A DNA stretch of 64,000 nt from NCBI GenBank assembly GCA_022813865.1, contig JALDZX010000003.1, forward strand, positions 186,001 to 250,000, in the 5' to 3' direction. This DNA is from Xylographa opegraphella (taxonomy: Eukaryota). Shown here in pieces: positions 11,534 through 24,698 of this stretch. Made by a program: the position numbers and the translations under genes. The notes beneath the pieces are model-generated. The model was not told the DNA's origin. It did not search any database and worked only from the letters and a program-made list of their open reading frames with translations. Numbering within the stretch: position 1 is the stretch's first letter; each line of letters starts with the position of its first letter.

Positions 11534-12356
11534 TTTGCCGCGTGTTCGCGCTATGGCCTCTAAATTAGCCTCTGTAATCGTCGCCTGCTGCGAGTTGTCG
11601 CGCCAACTCGCCCTATGGCGGTTATATTCATCGCAATGGATTGTCTGGCAACGACCGATTCGTCACGTACACGGAATAGGCGCTGTTGTCCTATCGAGGA
11701 GGGCCAAAGTTAAACGCCGCTTCCTTGATATCGTTGGTATGGGCAGTCAAGGAGTCGATGATGGTCAAGATTAACCATATTATAAGATTTTCTGATCGAT
11801 CTGGAAGTGGCAGTCTGGCATAATGAACTGGCTCTGTTCGCCGACTGATATCGTCGGGATTATTTCTGGGGACCTGTAGCTTATGGCGTACTGGTAAGTC
11901 GGTCTGTTGTATGTCCGCAAGTCTCACCGAATCCCCGGTCACGTCGTTCGCCAATGTTGCTTTCGTTTTTCTGAATATAGAATCGACTTTCTGAATGCAG
12001 TGTTTCTGTTTCTGTCACGCTGGTTGACTTTGGAAAATGCAAAGTACGGAACCGAGAACTAGGTCACAGTTCGCTTGCAGACAACGAGGGAGAGGTGGTG
12101 CAAGAACGAATGTTAAACGATGTCTATCTCTGTTCCCGATGTGAAGCCTCGGCCACCAGACCTTACATGCATAAACTCAGAAAACTAACGCTTCCTTGTG
12201 TTCACATGCGGTTGGTGGATAACAATCAGATAAACACTTTGCAAGACCACGCATACAAAAACACGTCTCTGCCTCTATGTGCAGACATGAGGGTCCAACG
12301 CTTCCACTTACAACAGCGTAGTGAACCCCTTGAACATAAATCCTCATCCGTACAGC

Positions 12357-13038
12357 TCATGCGATTTTAACAAATGTAACGTGCAAGGACATCTCCGGTG
12401 CTCTCCGTCCCACCAACGCCAGTAGGGCTTCCACGTTCCCTTCATGAACGACCATGGAGATCCCAAGTCCTTTCACTCGGATCTGCTTGACCTTAATGCT
12501 CACGATCGGCACTGGCGGCTCTTTGCCGCTTTTGAGATTGCCCCCCTCTTGGTAGAACCTGTTCTCGAAGAACGTGTGCCGAAGCGTCTCTTTCAGTTTC
12601 GCCAAGCCGCAGCTCGGCGCGATCATAAACGCTTCACGGGCTCCTTTGATCTCTTCTAAGCCGGTGCCCTTCCCGAAGGTTGGGGTCACCAGGATAGGGA
12701 CGTGAGGATAGTGATCCTCTTGACCTGGCTGTGTCAGGAGATATGCTAGAGAGAGACTTGTGGACCTATTACGTACAGATTATGCTTTCGGAAACAGGTT
12801 CTTGTGCCTGTGGGAACTGATTCTGCTTTAGATTGGGGCCCTTGCTTTTGAGGAAGTTATGATTGAAGTTGTATGAGTACGCTGGTAGCGGTGAAGGTAT
12901 TGTAAAACCACCGAGCGGATTATGATAGATAGTATGGCGAGGCGCTGGTTCTGGATCGACTGCGGATTCTGTCTCAGGGTCGATTTCGAAGGCTCCATAG
13001 TCATATGCGTCATCGTTGCCATGCGTATCGTTCTCCAT
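12357..13038 (-). CDS. Small uncharacterised protein, paralog C of local family
   Basis: ATG 13038; phase-1 intron 12725-12776 (GTACGT...CTGAC...CAG) gives ...HVPILVTPTF...EAFMIAPSCGLAKLKETLRHTFF...MVVHEGNVEALLALV...SLHVTFVKIA*. Confidence 0.7.
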
Positions 13039-13244
13039 GACTTGATCATGTATAGTATGAATGCAACAGTGGCCGTCCAATGTAACATGGATATAGAGTG
13101 ATGTCAACTGCTTGCGTCATGCAAGCGAGATGCCATGTGAATACAAGCACATGTATAAAGAAATTGGGACATTTTCTAACTGGGCTCGGGCAATCTCGTT
13201 AGCTTGTCTTGTTGAAATCTGTCGATGAATTGCAGTCTATTCGT

Positions 13245-15625
13245 TTAGCTGTCCAACTCGAAGTCGCCTTCAGAGCAGTCAGACGAAGTCTCGGTGGACA
13301 GCGAGATATCCGCCCCTGAGCTGAGAAGCTGATGCTCGTTTTCGGCAAGCATAGTCGCTCGATCACGCGTGACGAGTTCTAGCCATTTCGAGTCAGAATA
13401 CATTCGCACTGCAAGCTGTTCGATGGCCTGTGTAGCCATCTGCTTTTCCTGCTGGAGCGTGGACTGTTGTGCGGTTCGACCAATCAATCGTGCACCCGCA
13501 GCACGGGCTTGCAATTTCTGGATTTCCCGCTGATGCTTGATTCGAAGAGCTTCTCGCTCGCTTTCTTGGATTATAGCAAGCTCATCAATCATATGAGCTT
13601 CAGTAATGTCGTCGCAAGCCTCATCTTTCGATGACTCGGTGAGTTTCAAGAGGTACCGATCCTGGTCTACTCGGTGACGGGTTGCCGTTTCAATTACTTC
13701 TCGCGCATTCTTCAGTCGTGCTTTCTGAATTCTCTCTTTCCAGGTCGACTTGACTTTGTTCTGCTCGTCCAAAAGCGCCATTTCTTGTGAGGCAATCTCT
13801 TCAAGTTCATGCTGGGTACTGCTCATTTCAGCGTTATGCCGTGCAGAGATAGCTTTTCGTTGCATCTGATGAATTTTGTTCAGTGATGTACGCAGGACTT
13901 CATAGTGACTGTTGATCGCCTCGACTCTAGCGGCTTCCAGTCTCTCCAATCGTTGCATTTCTTCGGCCAGGCGAGCTTCTTCTGCTGATGCTCGCGCTCT
14001 CTCCTCCCGCTCTACGATTTCACGTTGTCGTCTTTCTTGCTCGATGGCTTCTTCGATTTCTCTTCGTTCGGCCTCAGCAACAGCTTCGATTGCCGCCTCT
14101 ACCTCTGCCTCTTCTGCGTTCACGATCGCTCGTCTTGTAGCAAGCTCATCTCGCCTTCTAACCTGGTCTTCTTCGGTACATACACACGTACGCCACCTCA
14201 GACCACAGGTATAGCTATGATAGTCAGCATGTATGTAGTGCAAGCACGTTAAGGATCTCAATACCAGAATTGAGCACCACATGTACATGTTATATGACGA
14301 CAGCCTCTGTTGAGTTCAACCATCGTGTGGCAGCTGTAACATCTCCTCCATCCTTCCAGATCGGCCGCGGCTAGCGTTGCCTCCAATCCCCGATCCTGTG
14401 GGCATCTCTCACCTGCTAAATGTTGATTTCCACGACAAAAGAGACACATATCAAAATTGCAGTGGTTACATGTCACTACTACGTTCCCTATGTGAGTTGC
14501 CGCTCTCTCGAACCATTTTCCACAGTCGGCACGTGAGCAGTACCATCTTTCACCATCGGGAATTGCATATTCCCGTGCTTTGAGTCTGTAATTGACGAGC
14601 TCTTGAGCACTGAGATTGATCTCTAATGTTCTTTTGGGTATATCTTGGAGGCAGCACTTTGGTGGCCAGAAGTTTTCATGCCGCATAGCAGTCGTCACCA
14701 ATTGAGTAAAGCACGGCGAGCAATAACTATGTTGACAGGCAAGCCCAACTGCGTCCTTGGACGGAACGTCATCAAAGCAGCTGGCACATTCTTTGGTCGC
14801 GGCAGTCACTTCCAGTACATTAGTGGACGACCTTATTGTTACCGGTTTCACCTTAAGCTCTTTTCCTCGAAGCAGCTTCGATATGAGTCCGCGCCTCCTG
14901 GTATTTTTCTCTGGGTCCGGCTTGTATACACACACATCGGGAGAAAGTGGCGCGATGTATGGCGTCAGTGGCAGATGAGAAATTAACTCGGCGCTAGTGA
15001 ACGACTCGAATGACTGAGCACCAGCACTATGACGATGAGACTCACACGAACTGGCAGTTGCGGAAGATTGATTCGATTCCGTGCGTGGCGACGAGGTTAC
15101 GGAGAAATCGTGGGTACGGAGCTCCGGTTTCCGATACGGAATCTTGCGGTCGATATTTGTTTCATCAAGCTGACTTTGTTGACGGTTCGAGTCCAAAAGT
15201 GAGGCCCTGATTGCTCTCGATTGGTAGAACGACTCTTTGATTATGGCACATATCTCTTGCTCTGTGCCACCTGGTACCTGTAGAAGCTCATCAGGCAGGT
15301 CAAGTTCTTGCCATCGTTCCTTCCAAGACTCATCGTTCGATATGGTAACATGTTGGACTGATTTCGGTAGATTTATTCCAGGAGTTGAATCGAGTTGAGG
15401 GGTAGATTGAAGAGGGTTAGCCAAGGCCGCAGTTCGACGTGAAGGTCGAACGGGACGTTCTCTCGACCTTCTCACACCAGTTATGTTGTTCAATTTTGTT
15501 GTTCCAGAATTGAGATACCGAATTGACTCGGCAGGAGCTTGCTTTCGACTACTGATAGCACTAGGCAGAGGTTGATCTTGCACTTCTATCCGAGGCATCA
15601 ATATTGAAGGGTGAACTGCAGCCAT
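13245..15625 (-). CDS. RBR (RING-IBR-RING) E3 ubiquitin ligase with C-terminal coiled coil
   Basis: RING1 CASC...CQHSYCSPC...KCC; IBR CSRADC...CNHC...CLFC...H...C; RING2 CYSC...GCRHITCTCGAQF|CYTC across intron 14215-14264. Confidence 0.92.
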
Positions 15626-16640
15626 GGTAAAATCAAGACTAAGATGACGAGAGGGATGAAGAAGATATCGAATACAATAAGCTCAAAATGCTGTTAGTGG
15701 GAACAATAAAAGCCAGAACATATGTTTCGACACAATCGGCATAACTTATCAGACACCTTCGACGTAAATGAAAGTCAACAGCCAAGGTATATGCCTTCCA
15801 GGCATGCTTCGCATATGATTCATTGGCAGTGCGTTCTTGAAGCAAGTGTCAGCCATACCAAAGCAGCGGGTGTTAGCATATCATTGGCACGGTTAGAGGC
15901 TGAGCAGGATGCCTGGGTATTGTGGTACGGACTGTATCGTGACACGGAGATAGAGACATGGCCTTCTCAAGGCATAACATTCGAGAAGCATTGCGGAACT
16001 AAGCCCGCAGACTATCTATCGCTTTAGTGGCTCGGAGTTGGCCCTTGTCGATATGCATATTGAAGCTTCGCGTGCCATCTGCTACGGTATGTATGGAAGT
16101 GGTGAATAGCGTGGAGGACAACACCTCAGCCAGCGGACGAGCATCTGATCGGGATTGCCACTCCGTATCCAGTGTCAAATCACCAACACGCTACTGGGGT
16201 CACCATAAGACAGAGGGACAGAACACGGAGAGGGAGACGCGATGGGCAAATGGCGAGAGCCTCACAGCTGTGACGAGACTGGAGGTTGTCGCAGTCGCTG
16301 CGGAGTATACTCTCAACGATTCAACCCAGGCGCATCGCAGTCAGCGCGGTGGCTTAGTGCGCTAGGCCCAATCTGGCCTTTATCTCCGACTTTTAGACTT
16401 CTGCCAGGGCGTTTTTTTCAGCCCTGCTGCGGGCGGAACGATTGCGCATGTGATCGTGAGCCAATGTCCTTCGCCGCCGGCTGACTTGACCTCTCTTTGG
16501 TAGTGCTCGGAGGAGGAATCTGGTAGAAGACGTGCTTGACCATGGGGAACAAGTCCATCAGGCCAAATTGTCGCCTAGCTCTGCGACCATTAACAATACT
16601 TGATCCAGACTTCGTAGTTGAACTACCAAAATTGTCTCCA

Positions 16641-18896
16641 TCATACTTTCCGCTTCAGAAGTCCCTTAAAGAAGTCAAAACTATTGCTATCGCTCTGCAA
16701 TTGCAGGATCTTCCCGGTCGGTCGGTCTTCCCAGCCCAGCTCTTCCGCAATGAGCAAACCCCAGTCACGAGTGATACCCTTAATCCGTGCCTTGATGCCC
16801 CCCTCGGCCTCGAGCGTCACGATCTGGTCAGTGTGTAGCCAATACTTGTAATACATTTCCTCAAACTCGCGATCGAACCCGGTCAGTCGGAAGCGGCCGT
16901 ACAGGCTGGAAAAGGTGGTGATCAGCCGTGCCAAGAGCTTCTCGGGCGTTATGGCAGGAAGGTGAGCCGGAGTGAGAGCCGCAAGAGATGTCGTGGGTAG
17001 CGCGTTCGTGGTATTCAACCCGATACCCACAACAGAAAGATACTCTGTGGACGAATAGTGCGAGTTGACCAGAATTCCCCCAATCTTGACATATGATTTT
17101 GTAGCTGAAGTCTGGCTTGGATCACGAGCGTCTGATTGCCTTCATGATTAGCCATATTCACATAGTGATAAGAGAGTAGCTGAAACAGGCTTCCTTACAT
17201 ATGTCATTGGGCCACTTAAGTTTAACCGGAAAGTCTTGGTATCCGGTGTCGTAGGAATTGATACCTTCCACTATAGCGAGCGCAGCTAGATATTGTAGAA
17301 ACACTACAGGAGCATGTGACATGAGAGACATATCGTGTCGAACGACCAGTGAGAACATCAGAGATCCTGCCGGAGATACCCATACGTTCGTGCCTCGACC
17401 GCGCCCAGCTACTTGGACAGTTGCTGTGGCGGTAAAGCCGCTCGGAAGTCGGCGAAGGAGCTGAGTGTTCCTGCGGCGCTTTAGCATTCTCTGTAAAAGG
17501 TCAATCACAGCGCCGCAAGACGCTTACTTCTCGAGCATAGTATTAGTACTGGTGACGACTTCACCGTACAGCAAATCGCGACCGAAGTCTGGGTCGACAT
17601 CTTTGCTTGCTGACTGGTAGTGCTGTAGGTTCGCGAAGTATGCATGATGATTGAAATACGGGGTCTCTTTGCTGGTTGGATGTTCATTCTCGTGGATTAT
17701 CATCCGCTTGATGACAGTACTATAGTCGAGAATTCTGTCCTCGGCACCATCATTCTGGTCATATTTGTCATTCTGAACTTCAGTAAGAGCATCACGGATA
17801 CTGCCAAGAGACCAAGCTGAGGGTTTCTCGAGGTGGAAAGTGTCATTTTCATCTTTAATGTATTCCTCGCCGTCTTCTATCACGATGATATCTCTAAGAG
17901 CGTTCACTATCTTCGAAGTATCCGGGGGTTGGATAGAGGTCAAGTGTAAGCGAGAAAGAGACGGTACTGTTGATTGTTCTTGATTTACTTGTAAGCCGAG
18001 CTTGTTCAGACAAGCTTTCACGAAATCTGTCCGGGGCTTATCATCTTGCGCCAGAGAATCAATTACTCTCTGAAAGTCTGCAACATCAGCTTTTGGATCC
18101 AAGTTGACTGCAGCAAACCTATCATCAGATCAGTATGAGACGTCTCCAACGAGTGCTAATGTTACTCTGGGTGCGGCCCAGTAAGTATTGCCGCTCCATC
18201 TCCGACCTTGCAATACACAACCGCAGCAGCACCATCACCCGACTCAACGTGAAGGTCTTCTGTATAGCTGGCCAATATCTCAACTCCTCTATCTTTGTAT
18301 CTGGGAGCGTCCACGAAGACACCGCCGCCATTGTAGTACGACTTGAAGACGTCCGGTACGGCACCTTCTGTAAGAACTGTTTTGTCGACTTTCAGTTCAG
18401 CATCTCGTGCTCCCCGCTCACTATGGTAGACGAAACCAGGGAAAGCCAGTCCTCGACACGTCCCTGGAAAGAACGCAAGTTCTCGATCTCCGACCACTTC
18501 TAATTTTGGGTTACCGACCTCAAATTCACATCTCTTAGAAGCATAGTAGCCACCAGCACAAAATCCAAAATAGGCACCTCCTCGTTCCACGTACTGAGTA
18601 ATTCTACGGTTACCCTCACCATTGAGCGTTCGACAGTAGCCAAGATCCGCACCACCTGGCATGACAAAGAGAGCGCAAGATGCTGTCCATGGTTCTTTGA
18701 TTATAGCATCGCCACTCACAGGGATGACAGCATAATGCGGTGATAGCAGACGTCGGAGGCTGTACACACAATGTCTAACAGATTCAATCGTGCTTCCGTT
18801 TCCTATAAGCAGTTGGCAGGTGGCAATTCCAGCAAACGGACACTTAAAGGTAGACTTACCTGAATAAACCAAGACGTTCATGCGTTTGGTGGCCAT
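16641..18896 (-). CDS. BPL1: Biotin-protein ligase (holocarboxylase synthetase)
   Basis: BPL_N domain (NVLVYSG, MPGGADL, GFCAGGYY, TGPHPE) plus catalytic QVAGRGRGTNVW, KWPNDI and KIGGIL; ends DSNSFDFFKGLLKRKV*; several introns. Confidence 0.96.
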
Positions 18897-19706
18897 GCTG
18901 ACCAATGGCTGGTGTTCAACGTTTATGAGCCGAGCAGACCTGACGCAAAAAAAATGCACTCGAAACAACAATTACGATGGGTCAAAATCAAGCAAAGCCA
19001 ACACTTGAAGAACCAAATACTTCGAAGTCAATAGAAGACGACGATGACGAGCCAGACGAGTGGTAGGGCCTGCCTCTACAAAGCAATAGAGCTTGTGTTC
19101 ACACTTCTACAGGGACGAAAGAATCTATAGCACAGGATGCGCAAGTACGATTCAATCTGGTGATTGCAACCAAGCTGTTAAGACTACTAACGCGGCTTAT
19201 CAGCCGAGCAGACCAAGATGAACGATTGCTACTATGAAAAGAAAGATTGGAGAATATGTTCTAAGGAAGTAAGTAACTAAAATGGAAGGCGCATTGCACT
19301 TAGCCGATTGTCGATTTCTTGTCTCCACACTCCCAACCTTGAGACTGTGCAGCCTCGATTACTCCGAAGATACAAGATAATAACAACGTTACAGATGGAA
19401 GCTTTCCGAGCATGTTGGAGAAAAAACGGCAATGATCAGAGAACCGCCACAAAGGATGCAGATCCATAGAGTACTCGTAGCATTCGGGACATGGAGGAGT
19501 GTTACACATTTGTGCAGCAGAGAGCGATGGAAGGCCTCCCAGTCGGGTCAAAGTATCATATAATCTCAATAGAGCTGTATTCGAAATGTACCATGTTGAA
19601 TCCAGGTCTTCCAATCATGCCCTCCCCAGTCCGATGCCCTCAGCCCTAAGAGCTTGTCGCCTGAACTCGCGCGACTTTCTGAACAACAACAGTGCTCAAG
19701 TAATAT

Positions 19707-20705
19707 ATGCAGGCCATGGCAACTCTGATATTCCAACGTGCTACGTGGTGCCTACAGATCTCACGTACTTCTAAGACATTTGCTGTGTCGTTCACAACAG
19801 CCCTACCTCGACGACATAAGTCTGGCAGTTTACCATCTCGATCCAGAGCGTTCCAAGAAGCCCCAACTCCAAGAGTGTCTCGACATAACCAAGCGCGCTC
19901 AGCCTTCACAAGCACAAAAGTTCATCAAGCACAGCAGTCCTCCGCAGCACCGGTAAGCTCCTGGCTCCCCGAAGAGTATTTCACACAACAAGCTAACGGC
20001 TTGCGGTCGTCGGAAATACCGCAGACTGCTACCACTCAAGATCTATCCGGTGGACTCGATGATCAGCCCCTGGTCCTTGATGAGGGTACCACCAAAGTAG
20101 ACTGGTCCCGCTCGTTTCATGGGCTGTCATCTCAGCCTTTCTCGAAAGAAGCAGCCGATATCTTGCTGCAACCTATTCCGCCAGATGACGTCGAGGTTAA
20201 GCCAGACGGCATCATATATTTGCCAGAAATCAAATATCGGCGGCTGTTAAATAAGGCATTTGGCCCTGGGGCCTGGGGTTTGGCACCAAGAGGAGAGACT
20301 ATTGTTACAGCAAAAGCAGTTACTAGAGAATATGCGCTCGTGGTTCTCGGACGGTGAGTTCCAAGCCTGCTTATTCATGAGTTCGGTAGGCCATTTACTA
20401 ATCAGGTATTGCATCTCTGTAGACTTGTATCGGTCGCTCGTGGTGAGCAGGACTATTTTTCTCCGGAAGGCATTCCGACTGCGGCAGAGGGCTGCAAATC
20501 CAACGCATTGATGAGGTGTTGCAAAGATTTGGGGGTGGCGAGCGAACTATGGGATCCTGTCTTCATTCGAAAATTCATGACCCAGCATGTCAAAGAGGTA
20601 TTTGTGGAGCACCAAGTCACCAAGAAGAGAAAAAAGCTTTATATGAGGAAGGATGGCAAGGTTACCTATCCTTACAAGGAGGCAAAGAGCTTTGGAGCAT
20701 CATAA
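19707..20705 (+). CDS. MGM101: Mitochondrial genome maintenance protein Mgm101
   Basis: [46 protein letters not shown] and [24 protein letters not shown]; intron 20354-20422. The start codon is uncertain. Confidence 0.96.
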
Positions 20706-21209
20706 GAATATGGTACAGAGGTTTGAGTGCGCACGGAGTGTGACTGTATAATACCTTAGCATATTGGGAAGATCGTCGAACATGTTGTCAATCAGAGCCG
20801 AGGCAAGCTGACGGTAGATGAATTCTATATACAGTACCTTTTTACATCAGCTAGAGACACCCATCAAATTCTGTGATTTTCTTTTGGCTCCAAGCCAGAA
20901 TATCATGCCCTCTCGTCCAAACCAGGGCTTGCCAAGGCTCTCAGATCTTATCAGTCAAGCTCAAGCTTTATCTCGCCGAGCCGTTGCCCGGCCCCTCACT
21001 TAATCGCTACTCGATCTTTCTCGCCCACAATGACATGACGCTTTGCAACGCTTACCTACCTACCTAATGCCCCCTGTAACAAACGCTTCACTCACTACTG
21101 CACGTCCTGTATTCGGCCAGTTCTGGTTCCATTACTACACATCATCTCAAAATGATCCTATATCTTCCTTCCTTTTCGTCGTCCCTTTCCGCAGAGAATT
21201 ACCGGCACA

Positions 21210-23087
21210 ATGGCGGCCACCGACCCAGGTTTCGCGATGATGCCAACGGCGGAAGACGCAACGAAGGGAGGCATCGAGTTCGCTGCTGTGGATGAACATC
21301 CAATTGCGCCGGATCAGTTCGACCCTCAATACGAAACCTCAAAGTGGGAGATCTGGGCATATTACTCTTACTACATCGGCAACAACGGACTTACTCTTTT
21401 CAATTTCGCACCTACTGCATTCCAGAACTTGCTGTATCAAGCGGCCGGCGATTCGGACACGCTGCTGTTTTTGGGTAGCCAGAGGACAATCAACAGCATT
21501 GTCTTGCTGTCAAATGGCATCAGCTTTGCAATCCAAATAGTGCTATTCCTGATAATCGGTTCCTATGCAGGTACGGAATCTCTGAGTTGCCGAATGATGG
21601 TAAACATCGATTGGGGGTGTAATGAGAGAACTGACAAAGGATAGACTTCGGAACATCTCGACCGAATATCTTGATAGTGCTATCAATCTGCGCTTTTGCG
21701 ATAGGGTTCGGATGGCTGGGGTTGCACACACCTGATAAGTGGGAGGCGGCTACCGGATTATACATTGTTGGCTGTACGATTGAAGATCAACCCGGTTTCA
21801 GCCAATGCTAATGTTTTGCCAGTGATTGCATATCAGAGCACATTGACCTTTTGGACTGCGGCTTTTCCGGGTTTGGCACGGAACACACCACAACTCAGAG
21901 CAAAAGCAGAAGAATATAGTGCTGGCACTATATCAAGAGATGAATATGATTTTGCAGACATGATGCAGCGAAGCCGGCTATCGAACATGGCGTTCTACAT
22001 CCAGAGCCTCGGGGAGATTGTGATTCTGGCAGTCATAGTAGGCGTGCTATATTCTTTGGATGTGAGTGCCAGCGTGGCGAACAACAATTACGGATTGAGC
22101 GTCTTGATCGCCTTTGCTACTGGTGTATGGGTATTGCTTGCAATACCTTGGTTTGCTATTGAGAAAAGGCGACCTGGTCAACCCTTACCACCGAACATGA
22201 ATATGTGAGTCAATTTACTTTACTGCCCATATAATATGCTAAAAGTTTGACAGCGTGATGGTAGGATTCTGGCAGCTTTACAGGGCGTTAACGCAGATCT
22301 GGAGGCTGAAACAAAGTCTGATATACCTAGTTGGTAAGATTAGTAGCCTCGATTTCATACAGAAACCGGCTCTAATGATCTGCTTAGGATACTTCCTCCT
22401 TGGCGACTCTTTGAATACTACCGTCACGGTCATCGGCACCCTTCAAAACAGCATTGTGGCTTATGATACCCTGACCCTAACGTACCTCCTTCTAGAAGGT
22501 ATTGCTGCACAGGCCGTGGGCATCTACGCATATTGGTGGATCCAAAGAAAATTCAAACTATCCACCAAAACCATGTTCAATGCCGTTATGATTGGCATCA
22601 TCCTCCTGTGACAGCACCTCTTCCCCGCCTTTTCAATAATCCTGATTGCTGACCTCCTTTACCTTTTAGCGATGGCTGGGGTATGGTTGGCATTTGGACC
22701 CAATCGTTCGGCTTCCACCACGTCTGGGAAGTCTGGGTCTACCAAAGCTTTTACGGCCTCTTCGTCTGCCCTTGGTATTCTTACTCGCAGATCATGATAT
22801 CGGAGGTCACCCCACGCGGCAAGGAGTTCCTTTTCTTCTCGCTGTTCAGTATCATCGGCAAGACGTCATCGTTCATCGGGCCCTTGGTCTCAAGCGCCAT
22901 AATCGACGCCTCGCCTACGCAGAATAATAGCACACCGTTTTACTTCCTTTTCGGGCTCAGTGTGGTGAGCTTTCTGGGGCTTTTTTGGTTTGTGGATCTC
23001 AGGAAGAGTCGCGTGGAGCAGACGGCGTTTTTGGAGGAGGAGAGGCTGCTGAAAATAAAGAGAGAGGGAGGCAGCTTGGGCAGCTGA
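21210..23087 (+). CDS. ATG22: Atg22-like vacuolar amino-acid efflux MFS permease
   Basis: EIWAYYSYYIGNNGL, INSIVLLSNGISFAIQ, EKRRPGQPLP and TPRGKEFLFFSLFSIIGKTSSFIGP; about 12 hydrophobic segments over 6 exons. Confidence 0.88.
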
Positions 23088-23653
23088 ATCATATAGTATT
23101 TAGGGCCGGGAATTATGAACGGGAAGCCGCCGGACAAGCATGTTACTTACAGTCTGTAGCATGAAATCTAAATGTAAAATCTTTACTGGTCAAGTCCCTG
23201 TACTATCATGATCGTGGACGGAAGGGCTCGAGCGTGTATCATGGGTGGAGTATATAGAATACGAATGGAATTCATGGAGTTCTGTGCTCTTAACACTATA
23301 CGGTTGCAAAGTAACAGCGAGGGCTTGCAACATGCACATCTGTCCACAGTAACACAACTGCAGTGAAAGCAGTCATTTAACACTCAAAGACTCTGCATTC
23401 ATTCACTATATAGTAGCAATCTGCCCCAGACAGGCGCGCGTCCAAGAAGTGTCATCGTAAGCGGTGAATGAGCCGCGAGATTGCGCTTGCCAGCCAGCCA
23501 CGCGCTTAAATTAAGCGGGCTAAACATAGGGCTAGGGAGCTCGGGTCACGGTTTGGGATCGCACAACATAAAAAGCCTTCAAAGCCCCGTCTAACTTCCA
23601 CCACGCAACAGAATCCTCCACGCCAGATCTTAACAGCAAAGATCACAACAGCG

Positions 23654-24675
23654 ATGGATCCGACAGCTGCAAGCATGCAAACCCTGGAGGAAAAGATCGA
23701 AGACAGTATGTAAACGGGCTCCGTAGTCGACGTAGGTTGACGATGTAGCGAACACGTTACTGACTGATGGTGTAGTGTTCCTCGTATATTGTGAGACTGG
23801 ATACTGTCCCCCTGGCTTCGTGCCTCGCTGTAAGTCACACGGACGGCCTCTGTCGACGACGATGAGAACTGAGTTGAGTCGGTAGTCCGATTCGAAAATG
23901 ATGGCACCATTTTCATTTACTATTCCTCCTATCAGCCGCCACAGCCTTCTGCCGCCAACCTCCGTAAGTAATACAGACGGGCGCTTGAGTATGATGCTGA
24001 CTGACTCGGTAGTGCCGCCCCCTGGCTCTGCCCCGGGGCCCGCCTTCGTTCCTGGGCCCGCCATCACCCACGCCCTCGCCCCTGCCCCCGCCTCTACCAC
24101 CGCACCTAGCGCGACCACTGCCATGGTCAACCTTCGTGAGTTATATAGACAGCGTCTGCCGATGATCAATGGTGATACTTATATCGAATAGCTGCCGTAC
24201 CTCCCGCCGCCTCCGCCCCGCCCATCTTCGGTCCAGCCATCCGGCCTCTGCCACTGACAGGCCCAAACGGGGCTCAGCGAATAAAATTCGTTGAGATGGC
24301 CCGCAAGGGCTGCTTCAAGACCAGAGACTGGTTTCTCCTTCGTCGGGAGAGGGGAGGCGTCATGCACGCTGGATATGGGCAGGTAAGTCGGCACGAAAAG
24401 GCTCGGCAGGTGTGCAAATTGAGCTGATCATTTTGTGTTGGAAGGCCACCGTGGACGCCGCCGGCCACGTCTCCGTGTCCGTTGGGCAGGTCACCGAAGA
24501 GGTCGAGGGGCCCACCGATATCATCAAAATGATGTCGAGGGCGGACGGGAACCTGCTCGGCGACAGGAGGGAGCCGGGCTGGCAACTGCTTGAATTCATA
24601 AGCGATGGCCAGCACTATACCAGCCTGCACGACGTTCGAGAGCGTTACTGGCAATATAAGAACAGTCATATATAA
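23654..24675 (+). CDS. Multi-exon hypothetical protein, Pro/Ala-rich linker plus C-terminal RAMA-like domain
   Basis: Canonical donors (GTATGT, GTAAGT x3, GTGAGT). The last four exons join in frame (last intron 24383-24444) to give FVEMARKGCFKTRD...ATVDAAGHVSV...GPTDII...PGWQLL...SLHDVRERYW. The 5' exon structure is uncertain. Confidence 0.6.
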
Positions 24676-24698
24676 GCAGGTAAGTGATGATGGGTTCG

